DNA of 64,000 nt from an uncultured Methanoregulaceae archaeon (lineage in GTDB: Archaea; Halobacteriota; Methanomicrobia; Methanomicrobiales; Methanospirillaceae), in assembly GCA_963717525.1 (NCBI GenBank), contig OY970343.1, forward strand, positions 1 through 64,000, in the 5' to 3' direction. Shown one piece after another: positions 30,245 through 39,866 of the stretch. The notes under the pieces are model-generated. The model was not told where the DNA came from and made no database searches. It saw only the letters and a program-made list of their open reading frames with translations. A program made the position numbers and the translations under genes. Each line of letters starts with the position of its first letter. The first letter of the stretch is position 1.

Positions 30245-31663
30245 ATGAGCGATCCGATCCCCACCTGTTTCCCGCTGGAGGGCGAGGTCAACCCGTTCGT
30301 GCAGATCCCCGAGGATCCCGGGCTTATGCGCGTTCTGATCCTTATCATAGCCGCCGCTACGATAGTTGTCGCTGCCCTCAGTCTGGCATATGGGATCGGG
30401 GATCTTTACCAGTACCTCTTTCTGCTGCCGATTGTGATAACGGCCTATTTCTTTCCCCGGTACGGGATCGCCACTTCTGCAGTCATGGGGCTCACGCTGG
30501 TTCTGCTCAATGTCGTCTTTTTAGGGGACAACCTGCATGTGCTCTCGCTTGCGTGCTTCACATTCGCAGTGTTTCTGGGAATTGGGGGGATCGTCACGAT
30601 GCTCTCGGAGAACATCTCCGGACTGAAAAAAAGGTACCAGGACATCTTTGCAATGTCCGAGGCGGGAATGATCATCTTTGACCGGGATACCGGCCACATT
30701 ACCGAGGCAAATCCCAGTTTCCTTAAACCATTGGGCTATGCCTCAACCCGATGTGGGATCCCCGCTTTCTGCAATCTTTTTGAACGCCCGGAGCAGTACC
30801 ACGAGCTGATCCGTGAGGTTATTGCAGGAGGAAGAGTTACCGACAGGAAATGCCTTCTGAAAGCATCGTCAGGGACCCTGCGGCAGTTCCAGATTTCAGC
30901 GTGTACGTTCTTCGGCCCGTTTATTCTCTGCACGTTCACGGACATCACCGAGCGTATACAGTACGAGGATACCCTGCGGCAGTCGCTGGCAGAAAAAGAG
31001 ATCCTGCTCAAGGAAGTGCACCACCGGGTTAAGAACAACATGCAGGTGATCATGAGCCTTCTCGAGCTGAATGCGCTTAAGGCAGAAAATGAGCGTGAAC
31101 GCTTCCAGTATGCCGAGATGCAGGGGAGGGTCATGACCATGGCCCTGATTCATGAGAAACTCTACCAGTCCCCGATCGCCGGTTCGATTAACGCTCAGGA
31201 GTATTTTTCAGATCTTTTAAAAAATATTGTTTCTGCTTCTGCGACGCCGGACGTACAATGTGTTGTCAAGGCATCGGGAATCTTTCTTGATATTGACCAG
31301 GCTATTCCCTGCGGGCTCATTATCAATGAGCTTGCAACCAATTCACTGAAATACGCATTCCGGGAAACAGCCGGGTCAGAGCTCCACCTGATTCTTGGAG
31401 CTGGCGGCGACGACGTTTGCACACTGGTATTTTTCGATAATGGTTCCGGCCTCCCCCTGTCGTACAAGATTGCCGATTCAGAAACCCTGGGGATCAGGCT
31501 GATCCATATGCTGGTGCGACAGCTTAAAGGGGAGATCATTATGACAAATCACGATGGCACTCACGTTCGCATACAATTCCCTCTCAACAACCGTGACCGT
31601 GAATTGCACTCCGTTGCCTGTGCCCAGATCGCAGAACAGACCACCATTTCCCGATGGGCGTGA
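30245..31663 (+). CDS. Membrane PAS histidine kinase (HisKA_2 type)
   Basis: TM helices, PAS, KEVHHRVKNNMQ, NELATNSLKYAF, DNGSG. Confidence 0.92.
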   Translation: MSDPIPTCFPLEGEVNPFVQIPEDPGLMRVLILIIAAATIVVAALSLAYGIGDLYQYLFLLPIVITAYFFPRYGIATSAVMGLTLVLLNVVFLGDNLHVLSLACFTFAVFLGIGGIVTMLSENISGLKKRYQDIFAMSEAGMIIFDRDTGHITEANPSFLKPLGYASTRCGIPAFCNLFERPEQYHELIREVIAGGRVTDRKCLLKASSGTLRQFQISACTFFGPFILCTFTDITERIQYEDTLRQSLAEKEILLKEVHHRVKNNMQVIMSLLELNALKAENERERFQYAEMQGRVMTMALIHEKLYQSPIAGSINAQEYFSDLLKNIVSASATPDVQCVVKASGIFLDIDQAIPCGLIINELATNSLKYAFRETAGSELHLILGAGGDDVCTLVFFDNGSGLPLSYKIADSETLGIRLIHMLVRQLKGEIIMTNHDGTHVRIQFPLNNRDRELHSVACAQIAEQTTISRWA

Positions 31664-31844
31664 TCATCCGGGATATCTAGGAATGATCCCTGACGTGTTA
31701 CTGAGGAGGCTTTGGCACTTTCACCAGCAATGACGCCATTCCTTCATACCAGAATTCTCCCCCATCCGGGGTTACAACCGGTTCAACTAAATATTACTAT
31801 AGAGTCTAAATAAGAAATGATGATATGATCTCAAAAAAATAGTA

Positions 31845-33641
31845 ATGCTCCCAGGTTTACCGATGAAAGTCCGCACACGTTCCCGCTTGATTCTTGCTGC
31901 AATGGCTTTTGTTTTTTTGATCGTCCTCAGTTTCATCACCCAGTTTATCATCCTCGATTCATTTCGGACAATAGAAAAACAGCAGATGACTGCAAACGTT
32001 GAGAGGGTACTTTCAAATCTCAATAATCAGGAAACGTCAGTTGCCGCCACATGCAGGGACTGGGCCGGCCGTGACGATACGTATGCTTTTGCAGGAGAGT
32101 CCGGTTCTCCGGGGGCTTCCGGCACCTTCAATCAGCCGCGTTTGCTGGGAACCCTTGACATCGATTACCTGCTCATCTACGATACCTCGGGAGACATGAT
32201 ATTTTCCCAAGGGGCCCTGAACGCAGACGGAATTCCGGAAGTTGTCCCGGCTCAGCTTGAGGAGATCATCAGCAACAGCATTATTCCGCCGGGTATGCCC
32301 ACCGGGGTATCAGGGCGTCATGGGGTATCGTTTCTCAATGGTGAGCCGGTCATTCTTGCCGGTTACTCTATCCGGGGAAGCAATCAATCGGCACCTTCGC
32401 GGGGCACCTTGGTGATGGTCCGGGCTCTGAACAGCCATAGGATTGGAGATATGGAAAGCGTTCTCCAGATTCCGGATTTTGCCCTGGTGCCAGCTTCACC
32501 GGTTACAGGTATCGATGGATACAGTGACACAGACATACAAAAAATGAGAAAAGGCGAGATCATAAGCGAACCGGTCAACAGCAGCCAGATGGGAGGTACG
32601 GCAATGATCACCGGCATTGAAGACAAGCCGACCTTCCTGATGCTCCAGGTGTTCACTGATCGTACGGTGTATACCGATGTACAAACGTCGATCCTGATCG
32701 TTGCGGCTTCGATTGTCCTCTTAAGTGCCGTTTTTATCATCGCGGTGCAGTTTTTATTGCAGCGATTTGTCCTCGGGCCACTCAGTGCCCTTGATGAGGA
32801 TATAAAAACCATCGGTGAGTCCGGGGATCTTTCCCGCCGCATCCCTGAAAAAGGGGACGAGGAGATCATATCCGTTACCCGCGCCTTAAACCAGATGCTC
32901 GCAGATCTTGAAGAAAAAAGGGCTGAACTCTTTGCCGCCCGCAGCGAACTTGCCAAGCGTAATCTGGACCTTGAGGAATTTAACCGGAAAGCAAACCTGT
33001 ATCTGGATATTTATCTTGATGTGATCACGTACGAGATACTGAATGCCATGATGGGCCTGAGAGGGTATGCGGAGTATCTCAAGGACACGGCTCGTGAAAA
33101 TGAAAAAAAATTCCTCAAAAAGATCATCGATCTGGCCCAGAAAAGCAGCAACGTGATCCGCAATATCGAGACGATCAGCCGCATTTACAAGATGCAACCC
33201 GGTGTTGTTGCCATCAATCTCGAAGAAATCGTAAAAAAAGAGATGGCTGCCCGCCAAAACGTTCATATCACACTTGAAGGATGCGACCGCATGGTACGTG
33301 CCAATGATATGCTCGGTGTCGTCTTTGATAACCTGTTTTCAAATAGTCTCAAGTTTGGCGGATCTGGAGTATCTATTAACGTCTCTGCCAGGGACGTTGG
33401 GGAAGGGACGCTTGAAATATCGGTCGCCGACAACGGGCCCGGGATCTCCGATGAGATGAAGCCGGGGGTCTTCGACCGGTTCGCCAAGGACACCAAAACC
33501 CGAAGCAGTTATGGCCTTGGGCTCCATATCGTCAAAATGCTGGTGGAAGGATATGGGGGAAAAGTATGGGCTGAAGATCGGATACCGGGAGATTCGTCAT
33601 CCGGCGTTGTGATACGCTTCACGCTGCGGCTGGCTGAATGA
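31845..33641 (+). CDS. CHASE4-HAMP sensor kinase-like protein with degenerate H-box
   Basis: DWAGRDDTY, HAMP, NLFSNS, DNGPG, GLGL; H-box reads ITYEILN. Confidence 0.85.
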   Translation: MLPGLPMKVRTRSRLILAAMAFVFLIVLSFITQFIILDSFRTIEKQQMTANVERVLSNLNNQETSVAATCRDWAGRDDTYAFAGESGSPGASGTFNQPRLLGTLDIDYLLIYDTSGDMIFSQGALNADGIPEVVPAQLEEIISNSIIPPGMPTGVSGRHGVSFLNGEPVILAGYSIRGSNQSAPSRGTLVMVRALNSHRIGDMESVLQIPDFALVPASPVTGIDGYSDTDIQKMRKGEIISEPVNSSQMGGTAMITGIEDKPTFLMLQVFTDRTVYTDVQTSILIVAASIVLLSAVFIIAVQFLLQRFVLGPLSALDEDIKTIGESGDLSRRIPEKGDEEIISVTRALNQMLADLEEKRAELFAARSELAKRNLDLEEFNRKANLYLDIYLDVITYEILNAMMGLRGYAEYLKDTARENEKKFLKKIIDLAQKSSNVIRNIETISRIYKMQPGVVAINLEEIVKKEMAARQNVHITLEGCDRMVRANDMLGVVFDNLFSNSLKFGGSGVSINVSARDVGEGTLEISVADNGPGISDEMKPGVFDRFAKDTKTRSSYGLGLHIVKMLVEGYGGKVWAEDRIPGDSSSGVVIRFTLRLAE

Positions 33642-33700
33642 CGGCGGTGTTGTTTTCATATTTTCCCGGTACCTCTGTTGTTGATGAAAAAGGGATAACT

Positions 33701-34315
33701 TTATCCATGCCGCTCACGGGTATCGATCAGGAACCCCTCATCACCGATCGTGAAAGGCAGCATCTTTTCAGAAAGTAGGGTTCCCCGCATCTTGGGAATA
33801 TTGAGATAACGCTTGAGCTTGTCTCCCTCGGGAACGGTGGTGACCTGAATGACCCCGTCTGCCATCGCATGTAAAAGCGCCTCGTGCCGTTCGGGGAGAA
33901 CACCGCGATCCACAAGCAGGAGGAAAACGCGGCCGTTTTTTGCTGCAGTTATGATGCGGGAGATCCCCTCGCGGAGATCGGAGAGCGGTGTATCGAGGAA
34001 ATAGAGAGAAAACTGGTCAACGATCACCAGATCCCCGTTACCATGGAGGGTGAGAAGATCGAGGAGCGCTCCCGGGGTTGTCCCGTGTATCTCTTCAATA
34101 TGAAATCCCTTTGCGGGTAAAATTCTCAGGAGTTTCATCTCACTGCGGATATCGTCTGAGGGCCGGGGCGTGAGGTAGGAGACGTCCTTTCCGTCAGCTG
34201 CCGTTTCAGCGGCAATATACTGGGCATATACAGATTTGACAAGCCCCGTACCTTCTTCAATCAGGATCACGCTCTTTTCCGGAAAATTATCCATGCCATG
34301 AACGGGTGCCATCAC
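33701..34315 (-). CDS. Degenerate RecA/KaiC-superfamily (RAD55/ArlH-like) protein
   Basis: VILIEEGTGLVKS, VIVDQFS, MADGVI, IPKMRG, PFTI. Confidence 0.75.
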   Translation of the reverse strand: MMAPVHGMDNFPEKSVILIEEGTGLVKSVYAQYIAAETAADGKDVSYLTPRPSDDIRSEMKLLRILPAKGFHIEEIHGTTPGALLDLLTLHGNGDLVIVDQFSLYFLDTPLSDLREGISRIITAAKNGRVFLLLVDRGVLPERHEALLHAMADGVIQVTTVPEGDKLKRYLNIPKMRGTLLSEKMLPFTIGDEGFLIDTRERHG

Positions 34316-34508
34316 CTATCGTTTGCTTGTTCCCTCTCATAAGTGCTTTCCAGCCCGGTGTTGGAATTCCTATAAATCGGGTCCGCAGAAAAAAGTTTTA
34401 CCCAGGCAAACAAAAAAATTTCCCCTTAATCCCTTATGATACCCCCCAAGTGCCCTTAAAATCATTTATTTTTTACAGAAAGATTATATAATAAATTTAC
34501 CAAATATA

Positions 34509-35015
34509 GTGTATCCCCCACAGAGATCCACTCCGAACAGGGCGAGTATTTGTAATGCAACCATCATGCAGAAGACCATCCCAGCCCTTTTCAGGCGCAT
34601 CTATGATACGCCGGCATGCGTTGCCATTATCCCGTCATTTGCGGTAATTATCGATTATGCCCTCACCTTTTTTCTCGCGGGAAATACCGGAATGATCCTT
34701 CAGTGGGAGGCAAGCCCTCTCGTACGGTTTGCCGTGGCGCATAACAGTATGGCGATCTATCTACTGGCCATCGTTGTATTCTACTATGTCGCTGCGTACG
34801 CGGTCCTCCACATCCTTCGGCCCACCGCCTATTACCGGTATGGCGTAGGACTGGTGTTACTGGTGAGCCTGACACATGTACTTGGAGGTCTGTCATGGCA
34901 GTTCAAAACTGCAGGGTATTCCAACAGTATTGTGGCCCTCTCATTTCTCTCCATTATTATTGCGATCTGCCTGTTTGGATATACCATCTTCCGGCAGGTT
35001 CATTCCTCAACATGA
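34509..35015 (+). CDS. Membrane protein (DUF5658-like)
   Basis: IDYALTF...WEASPLV; four TM helices. Confidence 0.6.
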   Translation: MYPPQRSTPNRASICNATIMQKTIPALFRRIYDTPACVAIIPSFAVIIDYALTFFLAGNTGMILQWEASPLVRFAVAHNSMAIYLLAIVVFYYVAAYAVLHILRPTAYYRYGVGLVLLVSLTHVLGGLSWQFKTAGYSNSIVALSFLSIIIAICLFGYTIFRQVHSST

Positions 35016-35194
35016 ATCTCCACTACGATTAACTGGGCAGAATCCGACATATTGTAATCTCTATATAAATCAGATATGGCTATATTTTAAATTCAAAAAG
35101 AATATATCCTGCTCAGGACAGAATACTTCGTGGGCAGATAGTGCGGGCAATGTTAGGGAGACGGACTCATACTGAGAAGGAAGTGAAATAACCC

Positions 35195-35404
35195 GTGAGC
35201 AGAACACGAACAAACCCGGAAAGAATCAATCATACAATCATTCCCGCCGCTGCCTGTCTCACGCTCCTTACAGCAGGAAGCCTGTCGATTTACGGGAACT
35301 TCGATCTCATTCTCCCGTTTATTATATCTATCATTACCGTTTGCATCCTTTATCTGGTTATCATGATGGTTTGTCACGCAAAAGACGCTATTATAACATC
35401 ATAA
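35195..35404 (+). CDS. Small membrane protein
   Basis: Two hydrophobic segments. Confidence 0.45.
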   Translation: MSRTRTNPERINHTIIPAAACLTLLTAGSLSIYGNFDLILPFIISIITVCILYLVIMMVCHAKDAIITS

Positions 35405-35580
35405 ATTCCGTTTTTGTGTTCTCTGAATATTCCATCTGTTTTTCTGTAGAGAGTGATTCGACATTTCAGGGCAAATTCGTCATTATCTGAAGACAAATAA
35501 TAAAATGCCGATACAAAGACCATCCCTGTATTTACACAAATTATAGTATTGGTTTCGAGGAGGGGAGGTTCAGGCAGTCA

Positions 35581-35985
35581 TCATCCGTGCGCAATGATAA
35601 GCAGTTTGTCCGAATACATGAGCCAGAAGAGGTTCACCGTGAACGCAAGCATGTAAGGGATGCAGGCGACCTGGACAATCCGCGTGCCTAGTCCCGGGTA
35701 GTTGCGTTCCATGACATTTGCAACAAGGATGGTAAAAAGGGCAAACATCAGTTTAACGCCGAGATGGAGGAAGGGCTGGTGCACGATATAGGCCATGAAA
35801 GGATTTGCTTCTGTTGCCGCTCCTGCCCCCGCACCTTTCCAGAGAAGGAGAGTGGTGGAGAGTACGTCAAAGATGACAAGGAATGTTAAAAAGATCATCC
35901 ACTGGCTGTCTATAGTAATGTCATCCGGAAATACCGTTTGGATAACGGATTGAATGCTAGTGGGCCGGGTTTTGCACTGCATCAC
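35581..35985 (-). CDS. DUF5658-like membrane protein
   Basis: FDVLSTT...EANPFMA...VK pattern. Confidence 0.7.
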   Translation of the reverse strand: MMQCKTRPTSIQSVIQTVFPDDITIDSQWMIFLTFLVIFDVLSTTLLLWKGAGAGAATEANPFMAYIVHQPFLHLGVKLMFALFTILVANVMERNYPGLGTRIVQVACIPYMLAFTVNLFWLMYSDKLLIIAHG

Positions 35986-36177
35986 AGGATGAATACTCCG
36001 GACAACAACTCGTTATCTGCATATCTCCCCTTCTCCTATAAATAGATAGTTCCCTTTCCTCAATAAAAATAAAAAATCATTATTCCATATCTTTTTAATA
36101 TAGAGATTGTATCTTAAGTATAGATACCGGTACACGAACAGACCGTATCTTTCCTCTCCCCCCCAGGTCGTGCGGCT

Positions 36178-36861
36178 GTGAACCTGATAATCCTGAAATA
36201 CGGCATCCTTATCGGGGCTCTCCTTGCAACTACGCTGTATGTTTCCCCTGCTTTAAACCCGCTGTCCACTCCGTCAGGAGATCAGAACAGCACCGAAATC
36301 GATGCGCAGTCGATCTTTGCGTTCGGTTCGCAGGTGTTTTATAAGGAGGTTTCAAAGCCCGGGAACGAGTATATGCAGACCAGCGTGCAGGGCTATTCGA
36401 AAAATCTGGTCCCGTCAGATGCTGACAACCAGGCCTACGCCTCATCCTGGCAGGCCGGGGTTGCTGACTTTGTAGCGGGTTACAACCAATGTACTTCCGC
36501 CCTCTTTGATCTTGCCTCAGTGCCATCGATGCAGACTGCGAAGGAGAAAATGGCGGTATGCGATGAGTTTGCGAACGGTGAGAGCGAGATGACCCGGGGA
36601 CGGGGAGAGTTCGCTTTAGCAAAGGGCAGTGCGTCGCCGGCGACAGACTCGGGGTTTACCATCGCCATGGTGCTGGAACAGGTCGATGAGATCATCCAGA
36701 GCTCGGATGACGCGGACACAGCCTGTATGAGGGCGGTTCTCGCCGATCATAACCATGATTCAGCGGGATTTTCAGCGAGCCTCAAAGATGCACAGAGTGC
36801 GGTGCAGGACATGCAGCACGTGTATCCCGAGCTGAAAGTGCTGAGCAGTGATTTTACCTGA
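36178..36861 (+). CDS. Exported helical hypothetical protein
   Basis: N-terminal hydrophobic signal; long clean ORF. Confidence 0.7.
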   Translation: MNLIILKYGILIGALLATTLYVSPALNPLSTPSGDQNSTEIDAQSIFAFGSQVFYKEVSKPGNEYMQTSVQGYSKNLVPSDADNQAYASSWQAGVADFVAGYNQCTSALFDLASVPSMQTAKEKMAVCDEFANGESEMTRGRGEFALAKGSASPATDSGFTIAMVLEQVDEIIQSSDDADTACMRAVLADHNHDSAGFSASLKDAQSAVQDMQHVYPELKVLSSDFT

Positions 36862-36864
36862 GTT

Positions 36865-37284
36865 ATGGACCCTAAAGGAGATGCAACAGATGAAAATGAA
36901 GAGAAATGCCAGACACCACAACACCCCAGACCTGAAAGAACAGGTGATATGCGTATGAAATTACCCGATCCCAGAAGAATGCTTATTGACGACCGGCCGA
37001 TAAGCGATGAAGAGTTCAGGACCCAGAACCTTGTATACGTGATCTCAGCGGCAGTGATGATGATCGCAGGACCGCTTTTTATCTATCACGGGTTCAATCT
37101 CCTCCCATGGCCGTATACGGCAAAGTGGGGGGCACTTTCAATCGCCATCGGGTTCTTTGTCCTCATCTTCGGGTTCAGCCTTTGGCAGGATCGTCAGGTG
37201 CAGATCCTCCAGCGGATGTACACGAGAGATGCCGCAGAGATGAAGCAGATTCTCAGGGAACTGAAAGGTGAAGGAAAACAATAA
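36865..37284 (+). CDS. Two-helix membrane protein
   Basis: Two TM segments; start uncertain. Confidence 0.65.
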   Translation: MDPKGDATDENEEKCQTPQHPRPERTGDMRMKLPDPRRMLIDDRPISDEEFRTQNLVYVISAAVMMIAGPLFIYHGFNLLPWPYTAKWGALSIAIGFFVLIFGFSLWQDRQVQILQRMYTRDAAEMKQILRELKGEGKQ

Positions 37285-37447
37285 GGAGGCTGGATATGCA
37301 GGTGCCGTCTTGCTTCGCCCGGGGCACTCCGGGGAAAGGAGTACTCATGGATAACGTCTGGCATATCCGGATACTACCGGGGATGGACCGTTACCGTTTT
37401 GTGATCACCCCCATGTTTCCGGTACCGGGAAAAAACTGGGGTGCAAC

Positions 37448-38260
37448 ATGCTGACCATCCTTTCCTGGAACGTCAATGGTCTCAGGGGGTGTTATGACCG
37501 GAAACATTTCCTGCCTGTCTTCAGGCACAACCCGGAGATCGTCTGCGTGCAGGAGACCAAAGCCCCGGAGGAGAAGCTCCCGGAGAAGGTGCGGAACCTG
37601 TATGGGTACCATACCTATTTTTCTGCGGTGCCGGCAGGGAGCACCACCGGGGTCGGGCTCTTTACCAGGCACCAGCCGCTTTCGGTACACTACGGTTTTG
37701 GCAACCCGGTTTTTGACAATAAGGGGCGGGTTCTTGTTGCCGATTATGGCAGGTTTGTGCTGCTCAATATCTCTTTCCCGCTTGGGATCAAGCCGATGGG
37801 AAACCTCGACAACAAGCTGAAATTTTACGATGCGTTTCTCCTGTACGTAAGGTCGCTCTGCGAAGAGGGCCGGGCGGTGATCATCTGTGGAGATTTCAAC
37901 GTGGCGCATACTGACCGGGATCTCTACAACCCACCCAAAAAGCCGGTCCGGCAGGTTGGTATCTCCCCGGAAGAGCGTGGCAAGATCGACCAGTTGGTCG
38001 GTCTGGGATTTACCGATACGTTCCGGATCTTTCACGAGGACGCCGGCCACTACACCCGGTGGCCGTTCCAGAACAACTCCCGTGAACGGAACTTCGGCTG
38101 GCGCATCGATTACTGTTTCGTCAGCAACGCGCTGCAGCCGTACGTGTCCGATGCGGCAATCCTGCCGGCAATAATGGGATCAGATCACTGCCCGGTGATG
38201 CTGGAGCTAAACCTGCCGGATACCGAGACATCCCCGCAACCAACGAAAGCATTGTCCTGA
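37448..38260 (+). CDS. xth: Exodeoxyribonuclease III family protein
   Basis: WNVNG, QETK, GDFNVAH, WRIDY, SDHCP. Confidence 0.92.
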   Translation: MLTILSWNVNGLRGCYDRKHFLPVFRHNPEIVCVQETKAPEEKLPEKVRNLYGYHTYFSAVPAGSTTGVGLFTRHQPLSVHYGFGNPVFDNKGRVLVADYGRFVLLNISFPLGIKPMGNLDNKLKFYDAFLLYVRSLCEEGRAVIICGDFNVAHTDRDLYNPPKKPVRQVGISPEERGKIDQLVGLGFTDTFRIFHEDAGHYTRWPFQNNSRERNFGWRIDYCFVSNALQPYVSDAAILPAIMGSDHCPVMLELNLPDTETSPQPTKALS

Positions 38261-38330
38261 TGCGGGACCAGGCAAGAGAGCCAATGAATAAATGACGCAC
38301 ATTAAGGCCGGCACACCAGAACCTCAGGGA

Positions 38331-38470
38331 AAGGGGGGGAGGGGGGTGTCTCCCACCCCCCTCCTCTTCTTTTTTTCAAGTGGGGGGTACCCTCCCCCTC
38401 ATATGCCGGATCAACAGGGGGTCACCCCCCTCCCCCCCCTGCCGGCCTGCATGGGGGATCATCCCCATGA
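38331..38470. repeat. Cluster of four G/C-run hairpins
   Basis: Perfect 11-bp stem GGAGGGGGGTG/CACCCCCCTCC (38338-38364) plus T-run; GGGGGTCACCCCC; CATGGGGGATCATCCCCATG. Confidence 0.65.
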
Positions 38471-38719
38471 CTTAAAGGAGGGACCCGAAAGCATCAGCTC
38501 TATCTGAGTGGTGGGCCTTGGGCCTCACGCGTCTGGAGGTATCGTAATACCAGTCACCGGGCCGGACAATCCAGCCCGGATGAGTATGATTAAAAATTAT
38601 CACTGTCCGCGATAACTCCATGGAATATTTCATAATAGGGAATATAGCTGATGAGGTGATTGCCAATAGAGTTTTTGAGATAATTCAATATAACAATGAA
38701 ACCAATATATACCTGAGTC

Positions 38720-39085
38720 TTGGATGTACCACCTATGGAAAAGTTGCGAACTTCGGAAATAATGTCGTTCTCCTTTGACAGGGCATATCAAGTCCTGAAG
38801 GAAAAGGGCCCTGCACGGGTTATTTCAGGCACCGGTGCTGAATACACGATCGAAGCATCTGCCATGACCAAAGGTAAGCTCCCCGCTGTACCTGTTATCC
38901 GGGTACAACCCAGGAGCGGGTTCAAGTATATCCGCTATACTTACATCCATGCGGATTGCTGGGGAAATGACGTGACGTGCCAAGGCAGCCGGGTCGAAGA
39001 CATATACCGGGGTAAAGACAACATCTACCGCTGGCTCGAAGAGAATACCCGGGACAATCCCGATACTGTTCCGAAAAAGAGATAA
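38720..39085 (+). CDS. Hypothetical protein
   Basis: ORF after an AT-rich promoter-like region. Confidence 0.6.
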   Translation: MDVPPMEKLRTSEIMSFSFDRAYQVLKEKGPARVISGTGAEYTIEASAMTKGKLPAVPVIRVQPRSGFKYIRYTYIHADCWGNDVTCQGSRVEDIYRGKDNIYRWLEENTRDNPDTVPKKR

Positions 39086-39237
39086 TCCTTTTCATAATTC
39101 CATTGCAAAAAGTTCAGTTCTCCCGGTTTTTCCAAAAAAAGCTCGTGAACATGTCTGAACCGGGGATATCAGTGAGACTGGGGTAACATGAAGACGGATG
39201 AAATGCACACACGAAGAATCCCTGTGAGGGAGCGAAC

Positions 39238-39495
39238 ATGACACATCTGCCGAATCGCATGACTGACGCGGCCTATGAAAAAGCCCTCCGGGAGGCAGGA
39301 AAAGAGGTGTCCGTTTTCAAAGCTGAGCTTCTTCGTGCACAATCCGCGTGGGACAACACCTCTGCCAGAAAATGCGGGGTCCGGGGATACCTCGCAACCT
39401 GGCTGCAGCTCCGGAAATCTGCATGGCAGCTGCGAAAGAAACAAGCCCATCTCAATTTCCTCCTTGAGTTCAAACGGGAGCGGAATAAGGACTGA
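39238..39495 (+). CDS. Small basic hypothetical protein
   Basis: GAGGGAG upstream; helical composition. Confidence 0.5.
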   Translation: MTHLPNRMTDAAYEKALREAGKEVSVFKAELLRAQSAWDNTSARKCGVRGYLATWLQLRKSAWQLRKKQAHLNFLLEFKRERNKD

Positions 39496-39670
39496 ACCTG
39501 GCAGCCTGAACTGTTCCATACATCCAGACTGGAAGACAAACGCAGCCCCCTCCTTCCCGGAACCGGCAAACCACAATGACCACCACACTACTGATAAAAA
39601 CCTTCTCCGGTCTGGAACGCAGCAGTTCCCTACCAAGCCGGGACAAAGATCGACGGAGACCAGTGCGTCC

Positions 39671-39740
39671 CTATACCCTATTGCGATCACTATATTGAAA
39701 AGCCTTATATCTATATCAAAAACGCTAAAAATATATAGTC
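39671..39740 (+). promoter_or_regulatory. pstS promoter with phased CTATA repeats and TATA-like element
   Basis: CTATA at 39671, 39690 and 39711; AAAATATATAG at ~39728-39738. Confidence 0.55.
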
Positions 39741-39866
39741 CTGGGTCGATACTCTGATTGGTGAATTGACATCTGTGGGGGATGAATGAACTTCACCGCA
39801 AGAACTCCGTGGCAAATCCATTAGTCTCTACAAATTTTTCAAAAATCCCATCCACGAACACCAAAG

